DNA of 64,000 nucleotides from Dehalococcoidia bacterium (GTDB lineage Bacteria; Chloroflexota; Dehalococcoidia; Bin125): NCBI GenBank assembly GCA_963555985.3, contig OY820591.1:1-64000 (forward strand). The letters are read 5' to 3'. Positions 10,247-18,703 of the stretch are shown here, one piece after another. The notes below the pieces were generated by a model. That model made no database searches. It was not told the origin of the DNA and saw only the letters and a list, made by a program, of their open reading frames with translations. Positions within the stretch are counted from its first letter, which is position 1. Each line of letters opens with the position of its first letter. Made by a program: the position numbers and the translations under genes.

Positions 10247-11281
10247 CTAGCGATCGCGCTGGAGCACGAAGGCCGCCAGCGCTTCAAGGTCGGCGACTGC
10301 TTCGGGACGTGGATCACATTGCGTGAGTTCGTGCTGGAAAGCGTGGTACTCGTCGGTGGCGGCGCGCTCGGTCGCTGTGTCTGCCCCAACTTCGGAGAGC
10401 AGGTTGTGGACCCAATCGACTTGAGCGTCGGAGAGTTCGGGTTGGCGGTAGATCTGCTCCAGCTCGCGGCGGGCATCGGCGGGCGCGTGCGTGAGAGTGT
10501 GGAGGACGGGAAATGACTTCTTGCGGCGGCGGATGTCGGCGTCGGTGGGCTTGCCCAACGCTTCGGGATCGGCCCAGATACCGAGCCAGTCGTCGCGCAT
10601 CTGGAAGCAGCGTCCGAGCCGTTGTCCGGCGCGTTCGAGCGCGTCGGCCTGCTCGCCGGACGCGCCCGCGAAGACCGCTCCGAGGGCGAGACTGACGCCC
10701 ATCATCGCGCCCGTCTTGCGTTCGACCATGGCGAGGTATTCGTCGACGCCGACATCGAAGCGCTCTTCGAAGGTGAGATCGAGGTATTGACCCTCGATCA
10801 TGCGCAGCGTGGCTCGGTTGAGGCGTCGTGAAGCGTCGACTACGGCGGCATCGGGCGCGCTGTGCAGCAATCCCCGCCGCAGCGCCCGATCGGCCAGCTC
10901 ACGCAGCGCGTCGCCGGTGTTGATCGCTTGGGCGATCCCCCAGACACGCCAGACGGTGGGGCGTCCGCGCCGCTCCTCGTCACCGTCCTGAATGTCGTCG
11001 TGAACGAGCGAAAAATTGTGCACGAATTCGACCGCTGCGGCCCCGGCCAGAGCGCGGCGCTGGTGTTCAGGATGCGCACTGATTGCATCGGCGCCGAGCA
11101 TGACGAGCGCGGAGCGTGCGCCTTTGCCGGCCGCGTTCGCAGGCCGTCCCTGCTGATCTTCCCAGCCAAGGGCATAGCGAGCCATCGCGTAGATCGGCAG
11201 GTCGCTGTCGCTGAAGGCGGCGCGCATCTCCGCTTCGACGGCGGCGGCGTGGCGTTCGAGTACGGCGGGCGTGGCGCTCAT
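10247..11281 (-). CDS. polyprenyl (FPP/GGPP) diphosphate synthase
   Basis: HNFSLVHDDIQDGD..RRG, GQYLD, KTG, FQMRDD. Confidence 0.92.
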   Translation of the reverse strand: MSATPAVLERHAAAVEAEMRAAFSDSDLPIYAMARYALGWEDQQGRPANAAGKGARSALVMLGADAISAHPEHQRRALAGAAAVEFVHNFSLVHDDIQDGDEERRGRPTVWRVWGIAQAINTGDALRELADRALRRGLLHSAPDAAVVDASRRLNRATLRMIEGQYLDLTFEERFDVGVDEYLAMVERKTGAMMGVSLALGAVFAGASGEQADALERAGQRLGRCFQMRDDWLGIWADPEALGKPTDADIRRRKKSFPVLHTLTHAPADARRELEQIYRQPELSDAQVDWVHNLLSEVGADTATERAATDEYHAFQHELTQCDPRPEAVADLEALAAFVLQRDR

Positions 11282-11766
11282 CTCGACTCCCCGGAGTTGG
11301 CGGCAAAATCAGGCGCGGTTTGGGGCGCGTTGCGGCAGCGCCGGCAGTGTCCGTAGACGGCCCAGTGATCGAGATCGGCGTGGAACTGAAAGCTGTCGCG
11401 CAGGCTCGCCTCGAAGGCGGCAAGGAAGTCGTGGGGCAGGATCGTGACGGTGCCGCATTGGACGCAGACCAGGTGGTGATGCGGATCGCCGCTGCGCCAG
11501 GCGTAGGTGCGTTCGCCACCACCGAGATCGGTCTGGGAGATCAATCCCAGATCGCGTAGTTGTGTGAGTGTTCGATAGACGGTAGACGGGTTGAGCTGAG
11601 GCGCTGCAGAGACGGCGCGTTGGTAGACGTCGTCGGCGGTGCTGTGTTCGGCGCTGTGGCGCAATGCGGTGAGTACTGCGATCCGCTGGCGGGTGACGCG
11701 GAGTTGGTGCTGTCGCAGGAGCTCTTCGGTATCGGCGGTGCAAGACATAGCGGCTATGCGAATCAA
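11278..11766 (-). CDS. Fur family transcriptional regulator
   Basis: RVTRQR, STVYRTL, HHHLVCVQCG, CRRC. Confidence 0.92.
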   Translation of the reverse strand: MIRIAAMSCTADTEELLRQHQLRVTRQRIAVLTALRHSAEHSTADDVYQRAVSAAPQLNPSTVYRTLTQLRDLGLISQTDLGGGERTYAWRSGDPHHHLVCVQCGTVTILPHDFLAAFEASLRDSFQFHADLDHWAVYGHCRRCRNAPQTAPDFAANSGESR

Positions 11767-12953
11767 GCTGCGGATGGCGGCGGAGGGAAAAACGCGATGC
11801 TACCGGCGGCGACGCGGCGCGGCGGCCCCGATCCGTCGGCGGGAACGATGTAGCAGCCGTTCTGGGGGCCGAAGCCGCGTCTGCCCGAGCCCCCGTTGCC
11901 GAGCGCGAGACCGGCGAACGTGATCCAGCGTCCATCGGGCGAGACGATCCGGTGCGAGAGCGCGAACTGGTCGAAGAAGGTCAACATGGTCGCAAACTCG
12001 GCGCTCGGCTGAAAGCGCGCGAGCCGCTCGCCCGGCGCGCTTGCTTCGAGGTCGTAGCGCGTCAACGCGATCATCGTGCTCGACGGCTGCGGCTCGAATG
12101 CGTAGAGCGCACGCCCGTCGGGACTCCAGAAGACGCCGTTGACCGTGCGCTGCGAGAGCGGGCGCTGCTCGCCGTTGGCCGGATCGAGGATCAGGAGATC
12201 GTTGCCTTCGCGGTCTCCCTCTTGCAAGGCGACCACGGCCAGGCGATCGTCGTGCGGAGCGCGAACGAATGCGACCGGGCGGGAGAGCTCCATCAGCTCC
12301 TCGCGTTCCTCGCCGCCGCGCTGACCGCGCACGATCATCGAGCCGTGGCCGCTGCGGGGCGTAGCGAAGAAGAAGCCGTCGCCGGCAGCGTTCCAGGCGG
12401 GCGCGCGGAAACTGGGGCGGCCGCGCAGGATCTGCCGCGGTCCGCCGCCGCTGGCGAGATCGAAGAGCGTCAGCTCGTTGTTGCAATGGACGAGCACGGC
12501 GCGTCCGTCGGGCGCCCAGGCGAAGTAGACCGGCGCGCCGTCGATCAGACGGTGCGGCTTACTCCGTCCGCCGCCGGCGACGAGGTTGATCGCCAGCCCG
12601 GTGCCGACGTTGGCGACCACCGCGAGCGCGCGCCCATTCGGCGCCCAATGTACGTAGTGAGAGAGCCCCGCCGCGATCTGTTGCAGTCCGTCGCGGGGAT
12701 TGCTGAACAAGGGCTGGGGTTCGCCTTCGGCGAGCGGGACGCGCCAGAGATCGAGGCGGGGGCGCTCAGGGTGCTTGGAGGAGGCGCTGACCGCGATCTG
12801 GGAGCCGTCGGGCGACCAGGAGGGCCACATGAAGAGCAGTTGCTCTCGAGCCACGTCCAGGCGCGTTTCGAGCTGGGCTTCGCCTTCGTCGTCCAGCAGC
12901 GCGAGCTGGAGCGAAGCGTCTTCGGAGATCAGCGCGAGTGGGGTCTGGCTCAT
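11763..12953 (-). CDS. TolB/PD40-like beta-propeller protein
   Basis: Repeated WSPDG/WAPNG/WAPDG/SPDG blades. Confidence 0.75.
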   Translation of the reverse strand: MSQTPLALISEDASLQLALLDDEGEAQLETRLDVAREQLLFMWPSWSPDGSQIAVSASSKHPERPRLDLWRVPLAEGEPQPLFSNPRDGLQQIAAGLSHYVHWAPNGRALAVVANVGTGLAINLVAGGGRSKPHRLIDGAPVYFAWAPDGRAVLVHCNNELTLFDLASGGGPRQILRGRPSFRAPAWNAAGDGFFFATPRSGHGSMIVRGQRGGEEREELMELSRPVAFVRAPHDDRLAVVALQEGDREGNDLLILDPANGEQRPLSQRTVNGVFWSPDGRALYAFEPQPSSTMIALTRYDLEASAPGERLARFQPSAEFATMLTFFDQFALSHRIVSPDGRWITFAGLALGNGGSGRRGFGPQNGCYIVPADGSGPPRRVAAGSIAFFPPPPSAA

Positions 12954-12957
12954 GGGC

Positions 12958-13509
12958 TTAGGCGCTCTCACGCGCGCTCAGCGCAGTCGCGCCGCCGGCC
13001 GCCTCTTCGTAGCGGGCCAGATCGAAGAGCACTGAGGAGGCGCGGTTGAGATAGCGAATCGTGTCGGGGTTGACCTCGTGTCCGGAGTCGCGCAGACGGA
13101 TCGTCTCCCGCTCCGCCCGCCGGATCGTGGTGCGGGCCAGATCGAGCGCGGCGCTGCCGGGCGTACCGCCGGGCAGGACAAACTCGTTCGGCGGCGGCGC
13201 GAGCGTCTCCAGTTCCGCCGCCCAGTCTTCGAGTTGATCGACATGCTGCGGTTGCGTGCTGAAGTCTTCGGGGATCGGCTTACCGGGCGCGACCGCGAGT
13301 TCGGCCATGATCAGATAGAGGCGGCGTTGCAGCTCGATCGCGATCTCGCGGGTGCGCGAATCGACCGCAAGCGCGCGTCCGAGGCCGAGCGCGGACGAGG
13401 CTTCGTCCACAGCCCCATACGCCTCAGGCTGCGGGTGGTACTTAGGAATGCGGCCGCCGCCCCAAAGGGTGGTCGAACCGTCGTCTCCGGCGCGGGTGTA
13501 ATGAGGCAT
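12958..13509 (-). CDS. pduO: cob(I)alamin adenosyltransferase (PduO type)
   Basis: YTRAGDDGST, AYGAVDE, FVLPGG, RRAER, YLNR. Confidence 0.9.
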   Translation of the reverse strand: MPHYTRAGDDGSTTLWGGGRIPKYHPQPEAYGAVDEASSALGLGRALAVDSRTREIAIELQRRLYLIMAELAVAPGKPIPEDFSTQPQHVDQLEDWAAELETLAPPPNEFVLPGGTPGSAALDLARTTIRRAERETIRLRDSGHEVNPDTIRYLNRASSVLFDLARYEEAAGGATALSARESA

Positions 13510-13622
13510 GGGAGGAGTGTATCCGCCCTCATCCCGTCGTTCCCGCGCGCTCTGCCTGTTCGTCATACCCGCGCGGGCAGACTTCTGCAAAAGTCGATGT
13601 TCTCCGTCATCGCGGCACCCTG

Positions 13623-14393
13623 CTAGCCCATCCGACCCCAGAGCAAGATGCGCTTGAATGGGTACAGGTATGGACGCTCATCCGGAAGCAGCGCCAACAG
13701 CCGCTCTCGGTAATCGGCGAGGTACGCCTCATATGCCTCCACTGCTAACCGCGTGCGGTAATCGGTCAGCAGCGAGCCCTTGACCCACTCCACCACCTCT
13801 TCCGGGCCAGCCAACTGGTGTAGGTAGACCTGCTGACGCACGTGTTGCTCCACGAACCCGAGCCGCGCCAACAATTCCGCGTACCACTCAAGCTCCTGAA
13901 GCGGATACTCGCGGACATACCCGCCCAACGCCGCTGCGTGACGCGGCTCCTGCGCGACCTCATGCGCCGCGGTGTGCGAGACGTGATCGTGATTCGCCGG
14001 CATCTGCACTGCCAGTTGTCCGCCCGCCTTGAGCGCCGCCGCCAGGCGCGGGAACAGCGACTCGTGATCGTCCACCCACTGAAGCGCCGCGTTCGAGAAC
14101 ACTACATCCAGCTCGCTTCCCGCGAACTCAGCGATGTCGCCCCGCTCGAATCGCACACCCTCCCCCGCGTGCCGTGCGCTCTGAGCCAGCATTGCCTGCG
14201 AACGGTCGACTCCGACCGTTTCCGCCGCCCGCGTGCGCTCGTGCAGCACCCGTGTCAGCGCCCCGGTCCCGCAACCCAAGTCCACCACGCGCCCGCCGGG
14301 AACCGGTTGCGCCAGCGCCAACAGATCGTAAAACGGCTGCTCCCGCTCAGCGCGGAAACGCGCATACTGCTCAGGTTGCCAGGCATCGCCCAC
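13623..14393 (-). CDS. tam: trans-aconitate 2-methyltransferase-like SAM methyltransferase
   Basis: W.P.QY..F, VDLGCGTG, SNAALQWV, LAVQMP. Confidence 0.8.
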   Translation of the reverse strand: MGDAWQPEQYARFRAEREQPFYDLLALAQPVPGGRVVDLGCGTGALTRVLHERTRAAETVGVDRSQAMLAQSARHAGEGVRFERGDIAEFAGSELDVVFSNAALQWVDDHESLFPRLAAALKAGGQLAVQMPANHDHVSHTAAHEVAQEPRHAAALGGYVREYPLQELEWYAELLARLGFVEQHVRQQVYLHQLAGPEEVVEWVKGSLLTDYRTRLAVEAYEAYLADYRERLLALLPDERPYLYPFKRILLWGRMG

Positions 14394-14420
14394 GCCCGTG
14401 AACCCAGTGACCGTCCGGCC

Positions 14421-14771
14421 CTAGCCGGCCGCAGGTTGCAACTCGCGCCACGCGCCCAGGAGCTCAGGCGGGCTGCTGAGGCCGAGGATGATCTGTCCCT
14501 TGCCGCGCGGGCGGCGATCGTCGACGAAGCCGAGGAACTCGAACAGCGGCTCCCCCTCAACGTCCAGCAAGCGGTATTGCCGGTCGAGAGCATCGGGATC
14601 GAGCAGCGCGTGCCTGGGATCTTCCGGCGTGGCGATCACGCGGCCCTGATCGACCCCGCAGCCAGCGGGCGCGAAGCCCGTCCATTCCGCCTCGTGCAGC
14701 GTGGTGACGGGTACCCAGGTGTCCGGCGCGGTCTTGGCTTCGAGCCGGCATTGGGAAATTTGGCGTGCCAT
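14421..14771 (-). CDS. hypothetical protein
   Basis: 116-aa ORF fitting between co-oriented genes, with GGA RBS. Confidence 0.55.
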   Translation of the reverse strand: MARQISQCRLEAKTAPDTWVPVTTLHEAEWTGFAPAGCGVDQGRVIATPEDPRHALLDPDALDRQYRLLDVEGEPLFEFLGFVDDRRPRGKGQIILGLSSPPELLGAWRELQPAAG

Positions 14772-14795
14772 CCAGGATTCCTCTCGCAGTGCGGA

Positions 14796-15323
14796 CTACT
14801 CGTCCACTTGATCTTCGATTTCGTCGGCGACGTGGCGGAAGGCGTCGTAGGCAACCTGGTCGAAGAGCACAAAGCGCACGATCCGCATTGCCCGGGCTGT
14901 GCCGGAGTGTTCGCGGCAGACGTCGATCATCAGCTCCGCCGCGTAGGTGTAGGAAAAACCGCCCACACCGGTTCCCAGCGCGGGGAAGGCGATGCTCGAA
15001 ATGCCCAGTTCCTCCGCCAGGCGCAGCGCGCTCTCGGTAGAGGCGCGGATGTGCCCGGCCGATGTCTTCAGATCCTGACCCATCGCGGCGGCGTGGATCA
15101 CATGCTTGGCGGGCAGGTGTCCGCCGCCCGTAATCACCGCTTCGCCCACGTTGATCGGCCCCTGGCGGATCGCCTCGTCCTCGATTTCGCGCCCGCCCGC
15201 GCGCACGATCGCCCCGGCGGTACCCGCCCCCATCCAGAGATGGTTGTTGGCCGCATTGACGATCGCATCCACCTCCTGGGTGGTGATGTCGCCCTGGACG
15301 ATTTCGATCCGGGTATCGGGCAT
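14796..15323 (-). CDS. macro domain protein (YmdB-like)
   Basis: GDIT...DAIVNAAN...GAG.AGAI, VIHA, SIAFPALGTG. Confidence 0.93.
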   Translation of the reverse strand: MPDTRIEIVQGDITTQEVDAIVNAANNHLWMGAGTAGAIVRAGGREIEDEAIRQGPINVGEAVITGGGHLPAKHVIHAAAMGQDLKTSAGHIRASTESALRLAEELGISSIAFPALGTGVGGFSYTYAAELMIDVCREHSGTARAMRIVRFVLFDQVAYDAFRHVADEIEDQVDE

Positions 15324-15374
15324 ATGCGCGAACTCCTGCGCCGGCTAGCGGTCGTGCGGTTGGTTGAGCGGCGG

Positions 15375-16346
15375 TTACTTGATCGCGAGTCCGTTCGGGG
15401 GACTGCCGGTGCCCCCGGTCACGTTCAGCGGCGCGGCTGCAAAGAATGTCTCATACACTCCGTCTTCGGCACAGTCGGCGGCGAGATCGTCGAGCGTGAA
15501 CATCTCGCCGATCGCCATCCCGAAGCGCCCGATAATCCAGTGGTGCAGGAACCCGTCCGGGTCGGCGAAGTTGGGCGGCGGCCAGGCTTCGAGCGCGGGG
15601 TTGTCGGAACAGAGCGCCGCCACATGGTGATCGAAGAAATAGGCCGCCATCTCCTCCGAGCAACCCAGACCGGGGAAGGCCAGATTCGGCATCTGCGAGA
15701 GCGACTGGCGCACGCCCATGTCCTGCTCTTCGTACCAGCCGATCCAGCCGATCCGGATCAACACCACGTCGCCGGTCTGAAGCTCGACCCCCTGTGCAGC
15801 GCGGCAGGCCTCGATTGCATCAACCGGGATCGGGACGTATTCGCCCATCGGCAGCGGATTGCCTTGCTCTTCGTACCAGCGCCCGACATCGAGCACGACC
15901 GCGCGTCCGGCGATGCCGCGCTTGGCCCAGTGTTCGATGCCCAGCTTGGGTGCGTCCTGATTCTCGATCAGCCACTCGTTCTTCACCCCGCCCCAGAAGC
16001 CGTGCTCGAAGTCGCCGACGTGGGTGAGCGCGTCCCACTGAGAGGACTGCTGGGTGTAGAAGTTGTCCAGCACATCATCGCCGTGGTGTCCGAACCCGGC
16101 CTGCCGAAACACCTTGTGGCGAACCGCGCCGCGGTTGTAGAGCGGCGGGCTGGGCAGCGACTGATCCCAGTTCATCGGGAACATCTTGCCCTTGCGAATC
16201 AGCGACGCCGCCTGCACGATCCGCTCGGCGGTCTGGAGGTTGAACATGCCCACCTGGTCGTCGTCGCCGAACAGACCCCAGGCGGTCTTGGCAGGATTGC
16301 CCGCCACAGCGGGAAGCTGGTCGTAGGTGGGAAGCTGGTCAGTCAT
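15375..16346 (-). CDS. cyclase family protein (KynB-like metal hydrolase)
   Basis: AWGLFG.DDQ.G, SSQWDALTH, GIAGR, IGEMF.LD.LA, GGTGSPPN. Confidence 0.88.
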   Translation of the reverse strand: MTDQLPTYDQLPAVAGNPAKTAWGLFGDDDQVGMFNLQTAERIVQAASLIRKGKMFPMNWDQSLPSPPLYNRGAVRHKVFRQAGFGHHGDDVLDNFYTQQSSQWDALTHVGDFEHGFWGGVKNEWLIENQDAPKLGIEHWAKRGIAGRAVVLDVGRWYEEQGNPLPMGEYVPIPVDAIEACRAAQGVELQTGDVVLIRIGWIGWYEEQDMGVRQSLSQMPNLAFPGLGCSEEMAAYFFDHHVAALCSDNPALEAWPPPNFADPDGFLHHWIIGRFGMAIGEMFTLDDLAADCAEDGVYETFFAAAPLNVTGGTGSPPNGLAIK

Positions 16347-16402
16347 CGAGTCGCCCTGTCGTTGAGGAATTTTGAGGGCAGTCTAGCTGTTAAGAAGCCT
16401 GG
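16206..16402. repeat. Direct repeat A, copy 1 (cyclase 5' end and upstream region); second copy 17523-17719
   Basis: Manual alignment: about 11 mismatches in 197 bp. Confidence 0.92.
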
Positions 16403-16425
16403 CCTTCTGCGACAGGGCGGTTTCG

Positions 16426-16995
16426 TCAGCGCCTTTGCTCCATGATCGCATCTCGCCGTCGCAACGCAGCCAGCGTTACCCGATTGGCGCACGCTGTGCG
16501 AATGAACTCACAGCTCTCCCATCGGTCTGGCGGATATGGACAATCGTCGATCCGAGCGACCAACTCGCTGGCTAGTCCGGCGACGAGCGATGAATGCGCT
16601 GTGAAGGCCGGGCGATCAATGGGCCGGAGTCGATACCACTTGTCCGCCTCCACCGGTTTGAAGTAGCGCGCTAACTCCGTGTAGAGGCCCAATGGCACTT
16701 GATCCGGAGCCTCAATGCGGAGCACAACATGCGCTGTCTCGATGGCTGAGGCTTCCACATCGTCGAGTTTCGCGTCCGGATGGGCGCTAGCCAACTCCTC
16801 GGGAATCGTGACTTCGAGTACGGAATCGACACTGCTGAGGAGATGGTCTCGGACGGCGAGGCGCTTCTCATAGCCTGCCGTGCCCACACCGTCGCCCAAC
16901 ACAGTGACGACTACGCGAGCTTCCAGCGCCGCACGATCTTGAGCCTCTTGTCGTTGTCGGAGTCTGCGCGCTGTCGGGAGATCGTCTTGGTTCAA
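16426..16995 (-). CDS. hypothetical NDT-like (nucleoside deoxyribosyltransferase-type Rossmann fold) protein, cassette allele 1
   Basis: V.VLGDG.G, E.SAI..A.VVL.IE.P, PLGLYTE; paralog of 17721-18290. Confidence 0.6.
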   Translation of the reverse strand: MNQDDLPTARRLRQRQEAQDRAALEARVVVTVLGDGVGTAGYEKRLAVRDHLLSSVDSVLEVTIPEELASAHPDAKLDDVEASAIETAHVVLRIEAPDQVPLGLYTELARYFKPVEADKWYRLRPIDRPAFTAHSSLVAGLASELVARIDDCPYPPDRWESCEFIRTACANRVTLAALRRRDAIMEQRR

Positions 16996-17336
16996 GACGC
17001 GGCGTCCTCGCTCAGCAAGCGCTTGACCAATGCGAACCCGTCGCTCGAGAGCGAAAAAGCCGTACCGACATCCTCAACCAGACGTGCGCGCTGTAAACGC
17101 GAGAACCAAATCCATTCCTCCGCTGTCTCGAGGCGCGCCGACAAGTCCTCGCAACTGATCTGCCCGAGGTCGTAGATCGCGCCCAAAATGCCGAGCGCGA
17201 TCGGCTCAAACCGGATCTCGGCCCGCTCCAGCTCAAGCGTGTTCGACAGCCTCCGGCCGAAGTATTCGTAGGAACGCGCATCAGCCTCTCCGGGCGCGTC
17301 TGCCGATCGGCTGCGGGTCGGAGTGGGAGTCGTCAT
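16992..17336 (-). CDS. small winged-helix-like protein, cassette allele 1
   Basis: IL.AIY..G...CEDL...L...FSRLQRARLV....F..S..G; 4-bp overlap with downstream gene; paralog of 18287-18646. Confidence 0.65.
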   Translation of the reverse strand: MTTPTPTRSRSADAPGEADARSYEYFGRRLSNTLELERAEIRFEPIALGILGAIYDLGQISCEDLSARLETAEEWIWFSRLQRARLVEDVGTAFSLSSDGFALVKRLLSEDAAS

Positions 17337-17388
17337 TTGAGGCCTCGTATCACTCGAGTTGCTCTCGATTCTATCTTCGCTGCAATGG

Positions 17389-17663
17389 CTATGCCACCAA
17401 CCCCGGATACAGAATCTGCTTGATCTGACCGCGAAAATTGAACGTCCCCGAAGGCATGAACTGGGTCAGGAAGATCACGATCAGCTCCTCCGCCGGATCG
17501 ATCCAGAAGATCGTGCTGGCCGCGCCGCCTGCACAATCCGCTCGGCGGTCTGCAAGTTGAACATGCCCACCTGGTCGTCGTCGCCGAAGAGTCCCCAAGC
17601 GGTCTTGGGAGGATTGCCCGCCACGGCGGGAAGCTGGTCGTAGGTGGGAAGCTGGTCAGTCAT
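17389..17663 (-). pseudogene. Chimeric remnant: cyclase 5' fragment joined to serine hydrolase 3' fragment
   Basis: 17523-17663 matches the cyclase N-terminus; 17394-17529 matches 18709-18844 with 4 mismatches in 136 bp; junction at shared CGCCGCC. Confidence 0.9.
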
Positions 17664-17720
17664 CGAGTCGCCCTGTCGTTGAGGAATTTTGAGGGCAGCC
17701 TAGCTGTTGAGGAGCCTGGT

Positions 17721-18290
17721 CTACATTCCCCTTCGGTACCTTAGGCGACGCAGTTTGCGGCCCGCCATCAGATTGAGGCGCTTGGTGAACGAGGCCGTGA
17801 TCTGCTGACAATCAGCCCACTCGTCTGGGTCGTAGTGGTCGGACTCGATCAGGCTCAGCAGCTCCTTCGCTAAGCCAGCGATGAGCACCGAGTCTTCGGG
17901 CGTACTCCTGCGCTGCTCAGGGCGCATGAGAAACCACTTCTCTGGGGTCGTGTCGTCAAAGTAGAGGCGCACTTCCGTGTATAAGCCGAGCGGCGGCCGG
18001 GCGGGCGATTCCAGACAGAGGACGACGTCCGCCTCTCCAATAGCGCTTTGTTCGATTTCTTCAGACGTAGCATCTGGATATGCTTCTTGGAGCTGTTCGG
18101 GGATAGTGACAGTGGCAACGAAAGGCAGTGATTGCAGCCGTTCCTGAAGCTCTAGGCGCTTCCCGTACTCCGGAGTGCCTGTGCCGTCGCCAAGCAAAGC
18201 GACCTCGAGCGACACAGCCGCCTCTGCCGCGCGCCGGGCAGCGGTGAGTTGTAATACTCGCTGCTCGGCGCGGGAAAGCGCCTGCTTCAC
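17721..18290 (-). CDS. hypothetical NDT-like protein, cassette allele 2
   Basis: VALLGDGTG, EQSAIGEADVVLCLESP, PLGLYTE. Confidence 0.6.
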   Translation of the reverse strand: MKQALSRAEQRVLQLTAARRAAEAAVSLEVALLGDGTGTPEYGKRLELQERLQSLPFVATVTIPEQLQEAYPDATSEEIEQSAIGEADVVLCLESPARPPLGLYTEVRLYFDDTTPEKWFLMRPEQRRSTPEDSVLIAGLAKELLSLIESDHYDPDEWADCQQITASFTKRLNLMAGRKLRRLRYRRGM

Positions 18291-18646
18291 TCCGCGTCCT
18301 CGGACAAAAGCGCCTCAACAAGTTCGCGACCCTCTCGGGAGGCATGGAACTCGGTGCCCGCGTCGTAGACCAACCGCGCCCGCTGCAGGCGGGAGAAAGC
18401 GATCCACTCGTCTGGGGACTCCAACCAATTCGCCAAATCCTCACAGGTCGCGCGGCCGCGCTCATAGATTCTCGTCAGAATTACGGCGGCGATTGGATCG
18501 AAGGTAACCGAATTCCGCTCCAGATCGAGTGTGTCTGTCAGCGCTCTACACGAGTACTCGTTCCCGCACTGCGGACATCGATCCGGGTCGTTCACGCTGG
18601 CTGCGTCACCGACGGACTCCTGAACCGCGCGTTGCGTCGTGGTCAT
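18287..18646 (-). CDS. small winged-helix-like protein, cassette allele 2
   Basis: GGAGG RBS; FSRLQRARLV motif shared with 16992-17336. Confidence 0.65.
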   Translation of the reverse strand: MTTTQRAVQESVGDAASVNDPDRCPQCGNEYSCRALTDTLDLERNSVTFDPIAAVILTRIYERGRATCEDLANWLESPDEWIAFSRLQRARLVYDAGTEFHASREGRELVEALLSEDAE

Positions 18647-18703
18647 GCATACCTCCTCCCCACACTGTTCCTCTCATGGTAGCCAGTTCGCTGATCCCCG
18701 ACC

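Noticed and set aside
13510-13622. Possible cobalamin riboswitch upstream of pduO
   Set aside because: No recognisable B12-box; the hairpin is a fragment of the REP-like family.
13842-16445. 867-aa plus-strand ORF (also 53093-54826 and 55801-57555)
   Set aside because: Antisense shadows of well-supported genes in high-GC DNA.
16426-18646. Retron or DGR interpretation of the duplicated cassettes
   Set aside because: No reverse transcriptase in the window, and mismatches between the repeats are mostly silent rather than adenine-specific.
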